A stretch of DNA of 59,460 nt, from positions 1-59,460 of the IMG/VR virus record IMGVR_UViG_3300033148_005420; one strand, given 5' to 3'. Both the position numbers and the translations under genes were made by a program. Below, one piece after another: positions 9,830-20,065 of the stretch (position 1 is its first letter; each line of letters begins with the position of its first letter). The notes under the pieces were generated by a model. That model searched no databases and had not been told where the DNA came from. It worked only from the letters and a program-made list of their open reading frames with translations. The DNA comes from a virus. Taxonomy: Duplodnaviria > Caudoviricetes.

Positions 9830-11724
9830 TAAGCAGCTCCTTGTCGAGCCCTAGGTACACCGGGTTTAGGTTGTCCGGTTGATTGAGAGCCAGTTGTATT
9901 ATTGTTATCTTGAGCTTGATACTGGGCCTGCTCAAGGGCTTCTTTTAACATCATTGCTTGTTCTTCAGGCATACCGGCCTGGATCATTATAGACAGGGCA
10001 GCATCTAGCTGGCCCTCTGCCATCCTTTCAAGTACCGCCTTAGCTTTAGGGTAGGAAAGATCTTCAAGCAATGCCTGTTGATCAATAGCTCCTTTATCAT
10101 ACAGCCCTACAGACTGCTCTTGCTTCTGTATCCTGGTTTGGATCATGGTCGAGCCAGCATGAACAAGATAATTAAACTCGGTGCCAGCAAACTCGGTGCC
10201 ACGGAAAAGAAATGTCTCACCATCGCTTTCTATCGTCTCTTCCATGTGTCCATGCATCTGGTAGAGGGCAATGGCGCTCATCCCCCTGGATTCTACCAGC
10301 TTCTCTATAGCGTCAATTTTATGTTGAATTAACACGGCGTTACTCTCTTTTAACGCGACAATAGCACTGGCAGCAATCACGCCGGAAGGGGCTTCGCCCC
10401 TGTCAGCATCCTGTACGGCGTAAATCCGGTCATGCAGGGTGATTAAGAGCTCTACCAGATTAAAGTATGAGGAGGGTAGTGAGGGTAATGGTAAAAACTT
10501 AACACTATTTACATCAGTTGTAGGGAAGAGAACAAGGCCAGGCTTACTATTAATGTGTTGGCGCTTGATGCCTGAGTTTTGCGTAACCACCATGATTCCG
10601 TAAGCTGATCTCATATGGTAGGCTATAGCCATGGAAACCAACTCCTCTATCTTGGTAGCCAATTCATAGGTCTGATCCAGGGCACTGAAGCCCCAGATTG
10701 AACTGGTATCCTCGTAAGAATTAGCCTTGAAGAACGGTAGACGGCCAAATAGAAAGTTCGTCTTGATCTTGTCGTATTCGAAGGCCCAGTTTATTTGTGG
10801 GTTCTTTCGATCAGCAAGGACTTTTCCGTTATTGCACATAGTGACGCACCTTATGCCGTCCGGGTAATCCTCGTCTTGCTCCACACGTACCCACATTTCA
10901 ACTTTTAAAGCATCGTTGCCTCTGCCAGATGAATTCAGACTACCCTGGAAGGACTCGGTGGCTGATGGTCTAGTTCCCGCTACCCCCCCTGACACAACGG
11001 ACGAATGCTCTTCTCTGTCTAATCCTAACTCATAATAGGCTTCGTCAGCGTGTATGTCATCCGTTCCAAACTCACTCTTTAGCTGATCAACCGGAATCTG
11101 AGTAGCATGGCTAATATGTGGACAATCAAGGCTTAAGTCTTCCCAGTACCCCGCAGCAGGAAAGAAGGTGAAAGGATCAATTACGGCGGTATCTGGGGCT
11201 TTTATTTTGTCATTCCAGAACGGCTTCTCAATCGTGATACCATACACCTCATTATTGATATCTGAGAGCCTAAGTTTCTTGTGCTGATTTGTTTCTTTCC
11301 ACCACTTTTCTAGCTTCCGGGTAAAAATCCTTGGCATGTCACCGCCTTGGCCAGTCAAGTCCTCTATCTCGGCCACCGGGTTACGGTTTACAATGTTCGC
11401 TACTGTCCTAATAACATTAGAGAAGAACAGGTTTGTTGATACCTTGGTCTGTTTGTCTTTAGGCTTGCTACGGCTCCAATGATTGCCCTTGAAATAACAA
11501 TATGCCTTAAACCACTGATCAGGCTTGCCTAGCCTTTCCCGTTCTGTCTTCGCTTCGAGATAGAGATTCCAGAAGAATTTACCCACGTCCTCATGGTCTT
11601 CCGGTGGGGGGTTGGATAAAGACCAGTTGCGTTGCTGAAGGGCTTTCTTCTTCTGGTTCAGCCTCTTGAGTTCTGTCTCTGGAAGATTGATTGTCTCCAG
11701 TATGTCGAGTTCTTTATCAGGCAT
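9829..11724 (-). CDS. Portal protein
   Basis: 631 aa between terminase and scaffold; YFKGNHW, NLFFSNVIRTVANI, IDPFTFFP and RGEAPSGVIAASAIVAL fit P22-like portals. Confidence 0.85.
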   Translation of the reverse strand: MPDKELDILETINLPETELKRLNQKKKALQQRNWSLSNPPPEDHEDVGKFFWNLYLEAKTERERLGKPDQWFKAYCYFKGNHWSRSKPKDKQTKVSTNLFFSNVIRTVANIVNRNPVAEIEDLTGQGGDMPRIFTRKLEKWWKETNQHKKLRLSDINNEVYGITIEKPFWNDKIKAPDTAVIDPFTFFPAAGYWEDLSLDCPHISHATQIPVDQLKSEFGTDDIHADEAYYELGLDREEHSSVVSGGVAGTRPSATESFQGSLNSSGRGNDALKVEMWVRVEQDEDYPDGIRCVTMCNNGKVLADRKNPQINWAFEYDKIKTNFLFGRLPFFKANSYEDTSSIWGFSALDQTYELATKIEELVSMAIAYHMRSAYGIMVVTQNSGIKRQHINSKPGLVLFPTTDVNSVKFLPLPSLPSSYFNLVELLITLHDRIYAVQDADRGEAPSGVIAASAIVALKESNAVLIQHKIDAIEKLVESRGMSAIALYQMHGHMEETIESDGETFLFRGTEFAGTEFNYLVHAGSTMIQTRIQKQEQSVGLYDKGAIDQQALLEDLSYPKAKAVLERMAEGQLDAALSIMIQAGMPEEQAMMLKEALEQAQYQAQDNNNTTGSQSTGQPKPGVPRARQGAA

Positions 11725-11954
11725 TATTTTCGGATCTTCCCGGTAAACGAATCAGCGTAGCAATTGCCGCAGACGGGGCATGTTAAATTGTCGCCTACAA
11801 TGCTCTCTATCTCTTCGAAAGACTCCCAAGATGCATCTTTGTGCTCTTGTTTTAAGCTAAACATGTCACCACGTAACGGCTTATCTATGTCAAAGGCGGG
11901 CGTTGTCTTGTGGGGCGAGTTTGAGCATATTGGACAGGTGAAATCATTCATCAT
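11724..11954 (-). CDS. Small Zn-binding protein (CPIC...CPVC)
   Basis: Two CxxC motifs; start taken at ATG 11954, overlapping the upstream gene. Confidence 0.55.
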   Translation of the reverse strand: MMNDFTCPICSNSPHKTTPAFDIDKPLRGDMFSLKQEHKDASWESFEEIESIVGDNLTCPVCGNCYADSFTGKIRK

Positions 11955-12258
11955 CAGCCTCCTCAGCCACAGTATCAATTGCTGCCAGAACGTCATCAGT
12001 GCCCAGTGAAGGGATAACAGCACTGACAGTCGGACTCTCTGCCAACTCAGCAGCAAACTGCTTCACGAACTCATCATTCCGCTTTTCAATTACCCCGGCA
12101 AAGTCTTCATTGACGTTCGCTGCCCGGTCTACAGGGAGCATGAAGTCCTGGTCAAGGTTAACTGGCTTTGTCTGTTCTGGCTGCTTAACGCTTACCTGGT
12201 CACCGTCAACGAGGATAGTGACCATTGTTTCCCCGGTCTTGATAGTAATCTCAATCAT
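11944..12258 (-). CDS. Hypothetical acidic protein
   Basis: Coupled to the TerL stop codon. Confidence 0.55.
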   Translation of the reverse strand: MIEITIKTGETMVTILVDGDQVSVKQPEQTKPVNLDQDFMLPVDRAANVNEDFAGVIEKRNDEFVKQFAAELAESPTVSAVIPSLGTDDVLAAIDTVAEEADDE

Positions 12259-13709
12259 TAGGCTATATTTATCGCTGTGTTGTCGTTTTGGTCGTGGCCA
12301 GTGACCTTCAACCAGTCTTGTTCGGCTGAGGTCTTGATTTCGTCAGGCTCAGATCCTGCTACCGGGTGAGAAAAGGTAAGAGCTAAAGCGTCTGACTTGT
12401 CAGGGCTACGGCCTATTATCTTCTTCAAGTCCACCTTTGCAAGCAATTGCTTACGGTTGGTCTGTCGGTTGTATATCAACTCTTGGACAACTAAATCCTG
12501 CTCAAGTATGTGGTCGTCCGGGATAGATACAGCGTACTGTTCGAACCACTTTCTAGTTTCGTCGTAAATCTCGAACCGCTTGTTCTGGTGCTTTTCTGGA
12601 TCTGAATCCGATTTGGCAGAGAATACAACGGGTATGACATTATCATAACCAAGTTCTATCAACCTACTGTACGCTCCTGACCCATACCCGCCTGTAGTAT
12701 CGATGAAAACCATCTGCGGGTGTGTCTCTTTGATTGCCTGTATAACCTTTCGAGCTATACCCATCTCATCTAAACCATTGTAATTTTTCATACCATGGAG
12801 CTTAACGCCCTGTCTGTGGGCTATACAGGTGTCGTCATCACCATATTGAGCACAATCAACACCAAGTATGTTTGGTGCATGTCTGTAGGCTTCAACAGGT
12901 ATCTTACGCCCTAAAGCCCGTTCTACAGCAGCGGGAGAAATAAGGGTTGACACTGAATTCCTAGGAGGCAAACCTAAGACACGAACCCTGACAAAATCGG
13001 AGTCAATGCCGTAATCTTCTATCCATTGCGCTATCTGTTTTTTGTCGGCATATTTACAGGCTCGGGTGTCTATGATTACCTGTTTCCATCGGTGTTTCTG
13101 ACGACCAAAACAAGTGTCATGAAAAGCGCCGCTATTGAGGGTCGGGTTGCCAAACAACAACCACTTGCGATAACCTCCCTCTGTAGCCGTGGCCCCCTCG
13201 GACACCTCGTAAATTGAACGAGGAATCGCACTCGCTTCATCAAATATCTGGAGCATGTATTTTTCATGAGCTCCTGCAAACGCTTCGGAATTATGTTCCG
13301 TTTGCGGGACAGCTGCCGCAAACCATGTTGCAGGGTCTTCTGTAAGATTGAATTTAGTAGCCGACCATTTAAACCAGTCCTTAACCAATGATCTACCATG
13401 CCACTTAGCCAGCTCACGCCATGTTTTTTGTGTCAACTGCTTTTCGGTGTTGGCTGTTACAATTACTTGTGGTTGCGGGTGGACTGACAGAAAATATATT
13501 ACGATACCAGCTGTTAATGCAGATTTTCCCGATGAATGGCCTGAAGACACAGCGAATCTGTCGTAGGTGTGGAAGTTGTTGCACAGATCCCTTTGCCAGT
13601 CATCCAGTTCCATCCTGACAATGTCAGTCAGGAACTCGGTGGGATGGCCGTAATAATCCTTATGGATAGCTGCGGCGTTGGCTGCGTTATAGGCTATTTG
13701 CGAAGGCAT
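12258..13709 (-). CDS. terL: Terminase large subunit
   Basis: Walker A SSGHSSGKS, Walker B LQIFDEAS, coupling motif GNP, nuclease GVDCAQYGDD, C-terminal SPDKSDALAL; start taken at ATG 13709. Confidence 0.93.
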   Translation of the reverse strand: MPSQIAYNAANAAAIHKDYYGHPTEFLTDIVRMELDDWQRDLCNNFHTYDRFAVSSGHSSGKSALTAGIVIYFLSVHPQPQVIVTANTEKQLTQKTWRELAKWHGRSLVKDWFKWSATKFNLTEDPATWFAAAVPQTEHNSEAFAGAHEKYMLQIFDEASAIPRSIYEVSEGATATEGGYRKWLLFGNPTLNSGAFHDTCFGRQKHRWKQVIIDTRACKYADKKQIAQWIEDYGIDSDFVRVRVLGLPPRNSVSTLISPAAVERALGRKIPVEAYRHAPNILGVDCAQYGDDDTCIAHRQGVKLHGMKNYNGLDEMGIARKVIQAIKETHPQMVFIDTTGGYGSGAYSRLIELGYDNVIPVVFSAKSDSDPEKHQNKRFEIYDETRKWFEQYAVSIPDDHILEQDLVVQELIYNRQTNRKQLLAKVDLKKIIGRSPDKSDALALTFSHPVAGSEPDEIKTSAEQDWLKVTGHDQNDNTAINIA

Positions 13710-13710
13710 G

Positions 13711-14274
13711 TTATTTTTCTTTATCTGCCTGAATAATTGCAGCGGCAACGGAAAGCGCCTTGTCCGCATCTTGCACTGCGGGATCATCCAGAGAGTATGC
13801 CTGGCGTTCGAGAGGAATCAACCGGGAAAAGGTGGTTGATAGTGTGTTCTGGAGGCCTGCGAGTTTAACAGCGTCGTCAACTGTCTCTATTTGGTCTACA
13901 AACTTCAGGGATTTGTCAATGGTTTGGCGTGCTTGTTCGCGCAGACTCTGTATATCTTTTCGGTGTGTCCTGATGACATTTGCACCTTCTTTAGCTGCGG
14001 AGTCCACAGCTTCACGGTCTGCTGTGGACTCGCCTGTGGACTCACCCGCAACAAGCTCGGCTGCTACTTTTAAACGCACATTATCAGCCAAGGAACCATA
14101 TACGATACCAGCTCTTTTCATGTGTGATTCTATGGTATTTCTATCCGGCCCAAACTTACGAGATATAGCAATCTTAGCTAACTGACCAGCTGCCCAAGCC
14201 TGTTCAATACGTTCCCATTCCTTGCGGGTGTACCTTGTGCCGTTCTTCTTTTTACCTTTCTCAGTTTTAGCCAT
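13711..14274 (-). CDS. terS: Terminase small subunit
   Basis: Immediately upstream of TerL; N-terminal HTH (EWERIEQAWAAG...ISRKFG) and C-terminal LIPLERQAYSLD. Confidence 0.8.
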   Translation of the reverse strand: MAKTEKGKKKNGTRYTRKEWERIEQAWAAGQLAKIAISRKFGPDRNTIESHMKRAGIVYGSLADNVRLKVAAELVAGESTGESTADREAVDSAAKEGANVIRTHRKDIQSLREQARQTIDKSLKFVDQIETVDDAVKLAGLQNTLSTTFSRLIPLERQAYSLDDPAVQDADKALSVAAAIIQADKEK

Positions 14275-14329
14275 AGCTAACTTTCTTTAGGTACACCTAA
14301 CTTTGTTAAAACCTCTGAAACTTTCTTTC

Positions 14330-14358
14330 GTTGTACCTAACTTTCTTTCCCGTGTCAA
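14330..14358 (-). promoter_or_regulatory. Sigma70-type promoter for the terminase/virion operon
   Basis: TTGACA-17 nt-TACAAC on the minus strand, 56 nt upstream of terS. Confidence 0.65.
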
Positions 14359-14390
14359 ATATTTTAACAATCAAACTATTTTAATAAACA

Positions 14391-14455
14391 TGCAAGTTTT
14401 ATCTTGCAAGTTTTAATAGGTATGGTATAACTAAGACAGATGAGAGAGAGAGAGA
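14391..14455 (+). repeat. Promoter-containing direct repeat, copy 1 (copy 2 at 14956-15017)
   Basis: CTTGCAAGTTTTAATAGGTATGGTATAACTAAGACAGAT(GA)n is shared; it contains TTGCAA-16-TATAAC with an extended -10 TG. Confidence 0.9.
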
Positions 14456-14522
14456 CCTGGACAGTAAAGCTGATGCATACAAAATACATCAAGCATAATT
14501 CAAAACAGATTCGGAGAAAACC

Positions 14523-14960
14523 ATGCCAAAAAAAACAATATACCTAACCGACGTTCAGAAAAACACAGTCACCAATATAGTGACCAGCGGAACAGCCGAA
14601 TTGCTTCACAAACTCAACAAGGCCCAGCTTGACGGAGCTGAGCCTAAGAAGGTCTGCAAACTAGTAGATATGTTACCGGCTAAAATACAGTGGACATTTA
14701 ATACCCTCCAGGGCTTGCCTGATGGTGAACGCATGGAACTGACAGCCCTTGCCGTAGCTACCAGCCGAATACTGATAGAGCTCGTTACCTTGCCTCAACC
14801 GTATACCTTGTCCGCCTTGACCCAAGTGCAATCTAATAATACCGGACTTTTTTCCCGTGGCAGTAATACCGCTGCCAAATTGAGCGAGATATTTAAGGAT
14901 AAAAAGATGCCAAGCCTTGTGTTTACGACACAAGGTAAGAAAAAGATGGTTAGCTTGTAA
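14523..14960 (+). CDS. Hypothetical protein, 145 aa
   Basis: GGAG RBS; lies between the two promoter repeats. Confidence 0.7.
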   Translation: MPKKTIYLTDVQKNTVTNIVTSGTAELLHKLNKAQLDGAEPKKVCKLVDMLPAKIQWTFNTLQGLPDGERMELTALAVATSRILIELVTLPQPYTLSALTQVQSNNTGLFSRGSNTAAKLSEIFKDKKMPSLVFTTQGKKKMVSL

Positions 14961-15017
14961 GTTTTACCTTGCAAGTTTTAATAGGTATGGTATAACTAAG
15001 ACAGATGAGAGAGAGAC
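14956..15017 (+). repeat. Promoter-containing direct repeat, copy 2
   Basis: Near-identical to 14391-14455, with (GA)5 instead of (GA)7. Confidence 0.9.
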
Positions 15018-15037
15018 TAACCAAAACGGAGCCAGCC

Positions 15038-15451
15038 ATGACCAGCAAAGAAATCAAAGCCGAAGCCCATCGCATCCGAAACGAAGCAGCAGCGCGCCAC
15101 GGATTAAAGGCCAAGGAAATTTGTTTTATCAGCTGCTGGAACATGGCTCGTTTAGGGCAGGCACTGCCCTGGGAGGTCGTGGAAATAACAGTCCTGGAGA
15201 CCATCAAGGCCGATAAGATCCGAAGAGAAGACGGAAGCAAGATGCCCGTAATGTGGGCAGAGAGGAACGATAATGCAAATCAGGTAGTCATTGCCTTCCC
15301 CGGCGATCAGGTCACCGGTAACGGAGAGACCTATACCATAACGGCCCTTTATCTCCGGTGCCAAGGGGAAAAGGTGTGTTACCGATTCCAAGAGACAAAA
15401 CTAGAAATAACACTCGATCAATTATACCAAGCAGGAGCCACAAGATGCTAA
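15038..15451 (+). CDS. Hypothetical protein
   Basis: GGAG RBS before ATG 15038 (MTSKEIK...). Confidence 0.65.
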   Translation: MTSKEIKAEAHRIRNEAAARHGLKAKEICFISCWNMARLGQALPWEVVEITVLETIKADKIRREDGSKMPVMWAERNDNANQVVIAFPGDQVTGNGETYTITALYLRCQGEKVCYRFQETKLEITLDQLYQAGATRC

Positions 15452-15609
15452 CACAAGACCAAGTAGCATACCTAGAGCAGCGCCTAAACATGACCGTAGA
15501 TCCAGAGAGCGAGTATTGCACCCACGGAAGCATTGATGACGAGACTGGTTGGGAGCCCATCCCAGAAGACGTTATGCAAGAGGCCTTAGAGGAGTGCCCT
15601 AACGAGTAA
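15445..15609 (+). CDS. Small acidic hypothetical protein
   Basis: AGGAG RBS; ATG 15445 (MLTQDQV...). Confidence 0.55.
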   Translation: MLTQDQVAYLEQRLNMTVDPESEYCTHGSIDDETGWEPIPEDVMQEALEECPNE

Positions 15610-15715
15610 CCCCAAGCCGGAAACCCGGCCCCCAAATCAGAGCTTATCACGGTAGGCTTTGATTTGTGGATGCAAATAATGGCCGATTGGCCGTAAATAA
15701 AACTAAAGGAAGATT

Positions 15716-16018
15716 ATGGAATTAATAAAAACCTATAAGAGTGCAGCAAGAATCCTGATGAAAGGTCGGGATGACGAGTTCTTAAAGCTAGAAAACCTGC
15801 GAGAAATAGCAGAACATAAAGACGAGATAGCCGATCTTGTGAAAGGCAAACACCTTTACGAGTTTGAAGGCGGGGCTTATGTGTCCCAGCGATTTTATGG
15901 ACTTATCTGGGCCTGGGACTTGAGAGATTTTTACCTTGGGTGTGACACACCTCCAGAGGTAATGACCTCGGAAGAATTAAGAGAGTTCTTCGACCTCGGA
16001 GGGGCAGCTAGGTCGTAG
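15716..16018 (+). CDS. Hypothetical protein, 100 aa
   Basis: AAGGA RBS; open ORF. Confidence 0.65.
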   Translation: MELIKTYKSAARILMKGRDDEFLKLENLREIAEHKDEIADLVKGKHLYEFEGGAYVSQRFYGLIWAWDLRDFYLGCDTPPEVMTSEELREFFDLGGAARS

Positions 16019-16102
16019 AAGCCGGAACACCATTTGACCAACCTTTTCCAGCAGACGGACTAGAGCAGACAGCTGGGCCAAATAAACCAAGGAGAGGAAT
16101 AC

Positions 16103-16276
16103 ATGAAGGTAATCAAAGCGCCAAGAAATAATACCAGGGCATTTCATAAAGCCCTGGCCAGCAAGCGGGCCTCACTACCTAACACGGATTTTGTAAAACA
16201 GCGGGACTTTAGAGGTCGGCTGCTTACCGGGGAAGGCCGTTATTGGTGGGAAGATCGTACCTTCCAGCAGCGATAG
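16103..16276 (+). CDS. Small basic hypothetical protein, 57 aa
   Basis: Below the ORF-track cutoff; AAGGAGAGG RBS; MKVIKAPRN...RTFQQR-TAG. Confidence 0.55.
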   Translation: MKVIKAPRNNTRAFHKALASKRASLPNTDFVKQRDFRGRLLTGEGRYWWEDRTFQQR

Positions 16277-16559
16277 AGAGGGGAGTGTGAACCGATCCAG
16301 AAACCCCAATAAAAGGCCGTTCAGGATCTTTTGTCGGAAGAATTTCAACTGTGATCCCGTAAAGGTGACAGCTGAGAAATCGCAAAGATGGGCAATAGGA
16401 TTGCTCGTTTTGGTGAACTTTATCGCATACTAAAAACCGCCCGGCGTATCAATAGCCGGGCGGCAACCAAGGGAAAAGCCCCTCCGGATGATACTTAAAG
16501 TTTGAGGAGAGGATAAAATCAACATACAGCCTTTCAGGGCTAGGAGCAAAAAAGATATT

Positions 16560-16772
16560 ATGAAAGAAGAAGACGCAAAAGAAAAATGGTGCCCGTTTGG
16601 GTATTTTCAGAACTCGGAAATATTACAGTCTGGGGCAATAGTCTCAACGCAGGTAAACAGATGGTCACCCGCTAAGGCTGGAGCGAAATGTCTCGGTAGC
16701 GGGTGCATGGCCTGGATATCTTACCGGGGTGAACATCTACCTGAAGGTCGATGCGGGATGGTGTCTAGGTAA
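16560..16772 (+). CDS. Small Cys-rich phage protein
   Basis: EDAKEKWCPF...CLGSGCMAW...GRCG, a recurrent phage motif; AGGAG RBS. Confidence 0.7.
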   Translation: MKEEDAKEKWCPFGYFQNSEILQSGAIVSTQVNRWSPAKAGAKCLGSGCMAWISYRGEHLPEGRCGMVSR

Positions 16773-16818
16773 AAACACCCCTGATCCACAACGGAACAGA
16801 GGTCATAGCCGTTCTAGT

Positions 16819-16850
16819 AAAGCCCTGGGATAATACCCAGGGCTTTTTTT
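16819..16850 (+). terminator. Intrinsic terminator between convergent units, probably bidirectional
   Basis: AAAGCCCTGGG-ataata-CCCAGGGCTTT followed by a T run. Confidence 0.85.
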
Positions 16851-16854
16851 ATCT

Positions 16855-19800
16855 TTACTCCAGTCCCTTTAGCCCCTTAAGATCCTCAATAGTTCCTCTT
16901 CTGGCCGTATCAATAAAAGCATTCACCAGGGACGCAATATCATCAGCGCGCTGAAAACTATAGGCGGAAACGGAAACCAAGTCTCCCGTACCCTTATCCC
17001 AGGCGTTGATCCAAAATTCATCGGTGCCGTCAATCCTTATCTTGTAACTAACATCCAAACTGACATCACAAGGGTCAATATTTATAATCCTTGTGAATGC
17101 CTTCCTGAACAATGCTCGGAGAGCCTTGTTACCAATTTCTCTCGTTTCATACCGCCCCATGACCGCCCTCGGTGCCCCTTCCGTCGTCATCCCTGATTCC
17201 CCCACAAAGTAAGCTGTTTAATTCCCTTAACCTTCCCTTTCGCCTCAACCGCCCGCCGCACAGAGGCAAGCCGCCGCCCCGCCGGAAACCCGATCCGCCG
17301 CAGTGACTCGTCGGATAAATTGGCGTGAAGCCCATCAATTACTGGATTTATGTAATATGCTTTTTTACTCATAATGCCTCCAGCTTGTAAATCTGCCCAC
17401 CATCGCAAGTCTTGGATCCATCAGATGCAACCGGCAGCTTATCACGCTCGTATTCCCCATGCTCATCAGTCAGCCCACATAGATGGCACCCGGTGCATTC
17501 GCCCTCAACCTGATCCGGCTTGAGGGAATAAAACTCACCCTGTATCTTTAAATCAGCCATTGCTATTCCGTCTGTCGTCATGTTTCCCTCTTGGCCAGTT
17601 CACTTTTCATTATCATCGATAAATTCGTCAAAATACCAGTCCGAAACCTCCCTTATTGCCTCTTCCGTCTTGGCCATAAAATCAGCCAAGCCCTGTTCGC
17701 ACATTCCGCCAGTTTTCAGCCGAGCCTTTAGCTGCTTGGCAAACATTTTAATCATAAGAGCATCTGGGTCATACGATGGCATCATTGTCACCTGGGTATT
17801 CCCCCTTAAAAATAATCCCATCAACCGCGTCTGACAGGCACCCTTCCGCAGCTGCGCAATATTCCTCCATTCCATCCTCGTTTAGGGCGCACCCGTCGCA
17901 TCCTCCGCACCCCTCCTCCGGCGCAGCGTAAAATACCCCATCAAGCACTCTCCTTACCCCCTTAGCCAGCTCTAATGCAGCAAGCGCCGCTGTCATCACT
18001 CCTTTAGCCTCAGCTTTCCGCAAGTCACTCCAGTCGTGGACGCATCTCAGGCCCTTGAAGTGATCAACGTAATACAGTATTTCGACCTCTGGTCCGCACT
18101 GGACAAGATACGTTTTTTGGGGCCATTTTGCCCGATACACAAAGCCTTGCTCGTGGCATCCTATTGGCCCAGTAGAGCAATCAAGCTCTCCTGCTTTATC
18201 AGGCACACCCCATATATCACAGTCGCGACATGTCCCTTTATCACTTGGGGTTTTGACGTAAAGTCGCCCTTTGAATGTTATAGATTTTTTCATTTCACGC
18301 TCTCAAATTAAAACACCCAGCGTCACCCGCTGGGTGGTCATTAGTCCCGATTTTCACTTTTCGTGCCCAGCGCACCGCCCATCGGGGCCTGGGTTATCGC
18401 AACCGCAAAAATAGGTGTGCCCCATAGCCTGGCAGGCAAAAAGAGCGGTCCTTGTCTCTTGGGCAGAAAGCTCCCCGTTGTCGTCGCTCAGAAAACCAAA
18501 AAGCCTCTCGTCGGGCCAACACAGCGCATCCGCAATCACAATATGTACGTGATGGATACCCTCAAGATCACTTTTCGGCAGTGGCCGCTTTGTTCCGCCT
18601 GATTTCTGCATCATTCAGCTCCCCTTAATCTCAATCAAATTCGACTGGTAAACAGTCCCAGTATCCCCATTCTTGTACGGCTTATTTTTACCGGTGTACC
18701 TAGTGCCAAAATATTTACAAATCGGAACGCCTAGTGAGATAAGCACGGTAATTTTTTCGACCATTATCCGCCCGTTACAATTCCGTACTATATCACCAAT
18801 CTTTACGTTACTCCTTGATAAGGCGTACTCTTCGGCAAGGTCTTTTTTGCTTGCCCAGTACTGATTGACGAGCTCCTGTAGCCTGCTTTTGTAATCTGCT
18901 TCGGACATTTTGCCACCACCGCTCGCCTCCACCTTAATTGCGGTCTGGATCAGCTCCTCAATCTGACCAGGAACCAAAAGCCCCTGGTCCTCAGCTCTCG
19001 TAACCTGGCCGCTTGGATCCTTCATCAGTACGATAAAAAATCCCCTCTTCACTGTCAAGCGGATGGAGTACCCGGCTGGCAGCGTTTCCTTTGCCAGCAG
19101 CATCGCCTTGTCTAAGCTGCTCATTTTTCATTCTCCGGCTCAATAATCAGACAACCGATACTTTTGCCAAAAAAGCCATAGGTGCTTTCTACGGCCTCGC
19201 CTGCCTCAATAATATTCCCACACTGGTTCGTGGCGGCACGGATGAAAACTTCCAAGTCGTCTTCTAGTCCTTCTATTTGTTTTTTTAAGTCCTTGATTCT
19301 CATAATTCTTCCCTCTCAATTACAACACGGTGCAGATCCTGAGACCCGCAACTCTGACAGTTAAAATTATACTCCAGCGGATCATCTCCCTGAACAATAC
19401 TGTCCTGCCCATGCCAACCACACTGGTTACAGAGCACGGCAACTTTTTGCCGGTCGCCTCCCTGCTGCTCAACTCCTCCTGTCTGATCAACTTGCTGCTC
19501 TCCAAGGCAACTCACCGCCATATCGTAAATACGTTTTATAGATGGCCACGTAATGGGCACCCGGTAGGTAAAGGTTCCGTATCCAGAGCAGACCTCGCAG
19601 CCTTCGTCGCCGTCATCACAGGCCGTGCATTCCAGCTCGACAACTTCAAAAAATTCGCCTATCAAATGATACTTTGCGCCGTTTTCGGCGGTCAGCTTTC
19701 TTGGCATTTTTACGGTTTCGTTCGTCGTTTCTACCAGTTCCCTCTTAGTCATAGCTATTCTCCGTTAAATTCAAAATACCCGCCCGGTTTCATCTGGACG

Positions 19801-20056
19801 GCATCCCCTTGCCCATTTTGCCGCGTCTCTTGATCACCGTGATATGGTAATCCTCTCCGTCCTGCTCAACATCATACGCCCCGGCCCCGAAATCGAACGA
19901 TTCGGAAAGCCGGAAATCCTTCACGACCATGCCTAGGGCATCCTTGACTTGCTTTGCATCCGGTTTAGTCGCTGCGTGCGCTCCAGATTGGTGATTTCCC
20001 CATTTTCCGCAAAATGCGCACCATAATCTTGATTGCGCCTTTCTTTTTTTGTCCAC
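16855..20056 (-). other. Run of about 10 small hypothetical CDSs downstream of dnaB (nin-like region)
   Basis: Tightly packed minus-strand ORFs ending at 16855, 17187, 17369, 17600, 17769, 18354, 18615, 19121, 19300 and 19790; several have CxxC motifs. Confidence 0.7.
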
Positions 20057-20065
20057 ACTGATCCC

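Noticed and set aside
1067-14185. Plus-strand ORFs opposite the structural genes (e.g. 2740-3279, 13760-14185)
   Set aside because: Antisense shadows of well-supported minus-strand genes, lacking RBSs or motifs. The same applies to plus-strand ORFs within 39-59 kb and minus-strand ORFs within the plus islands.
16277-16559. tRNA (including tRNA-Sec) or SRP RNA
   Set aside because: No cloverleaf with a T-loop GTTCRA and acceptor stem, and no SRP GGAA-loop motif was found by eye; tRNAscan-SE or Aragorn would be decisive.
18354-19124. Second in-frame TGA (18615-18617) followed by an in-frame ORF
   Set aside because: The next codon is ATG preceded by a GGGGAG RBS, which is ordinary adjacent-gene packing. 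I saw no comparable hairpin.
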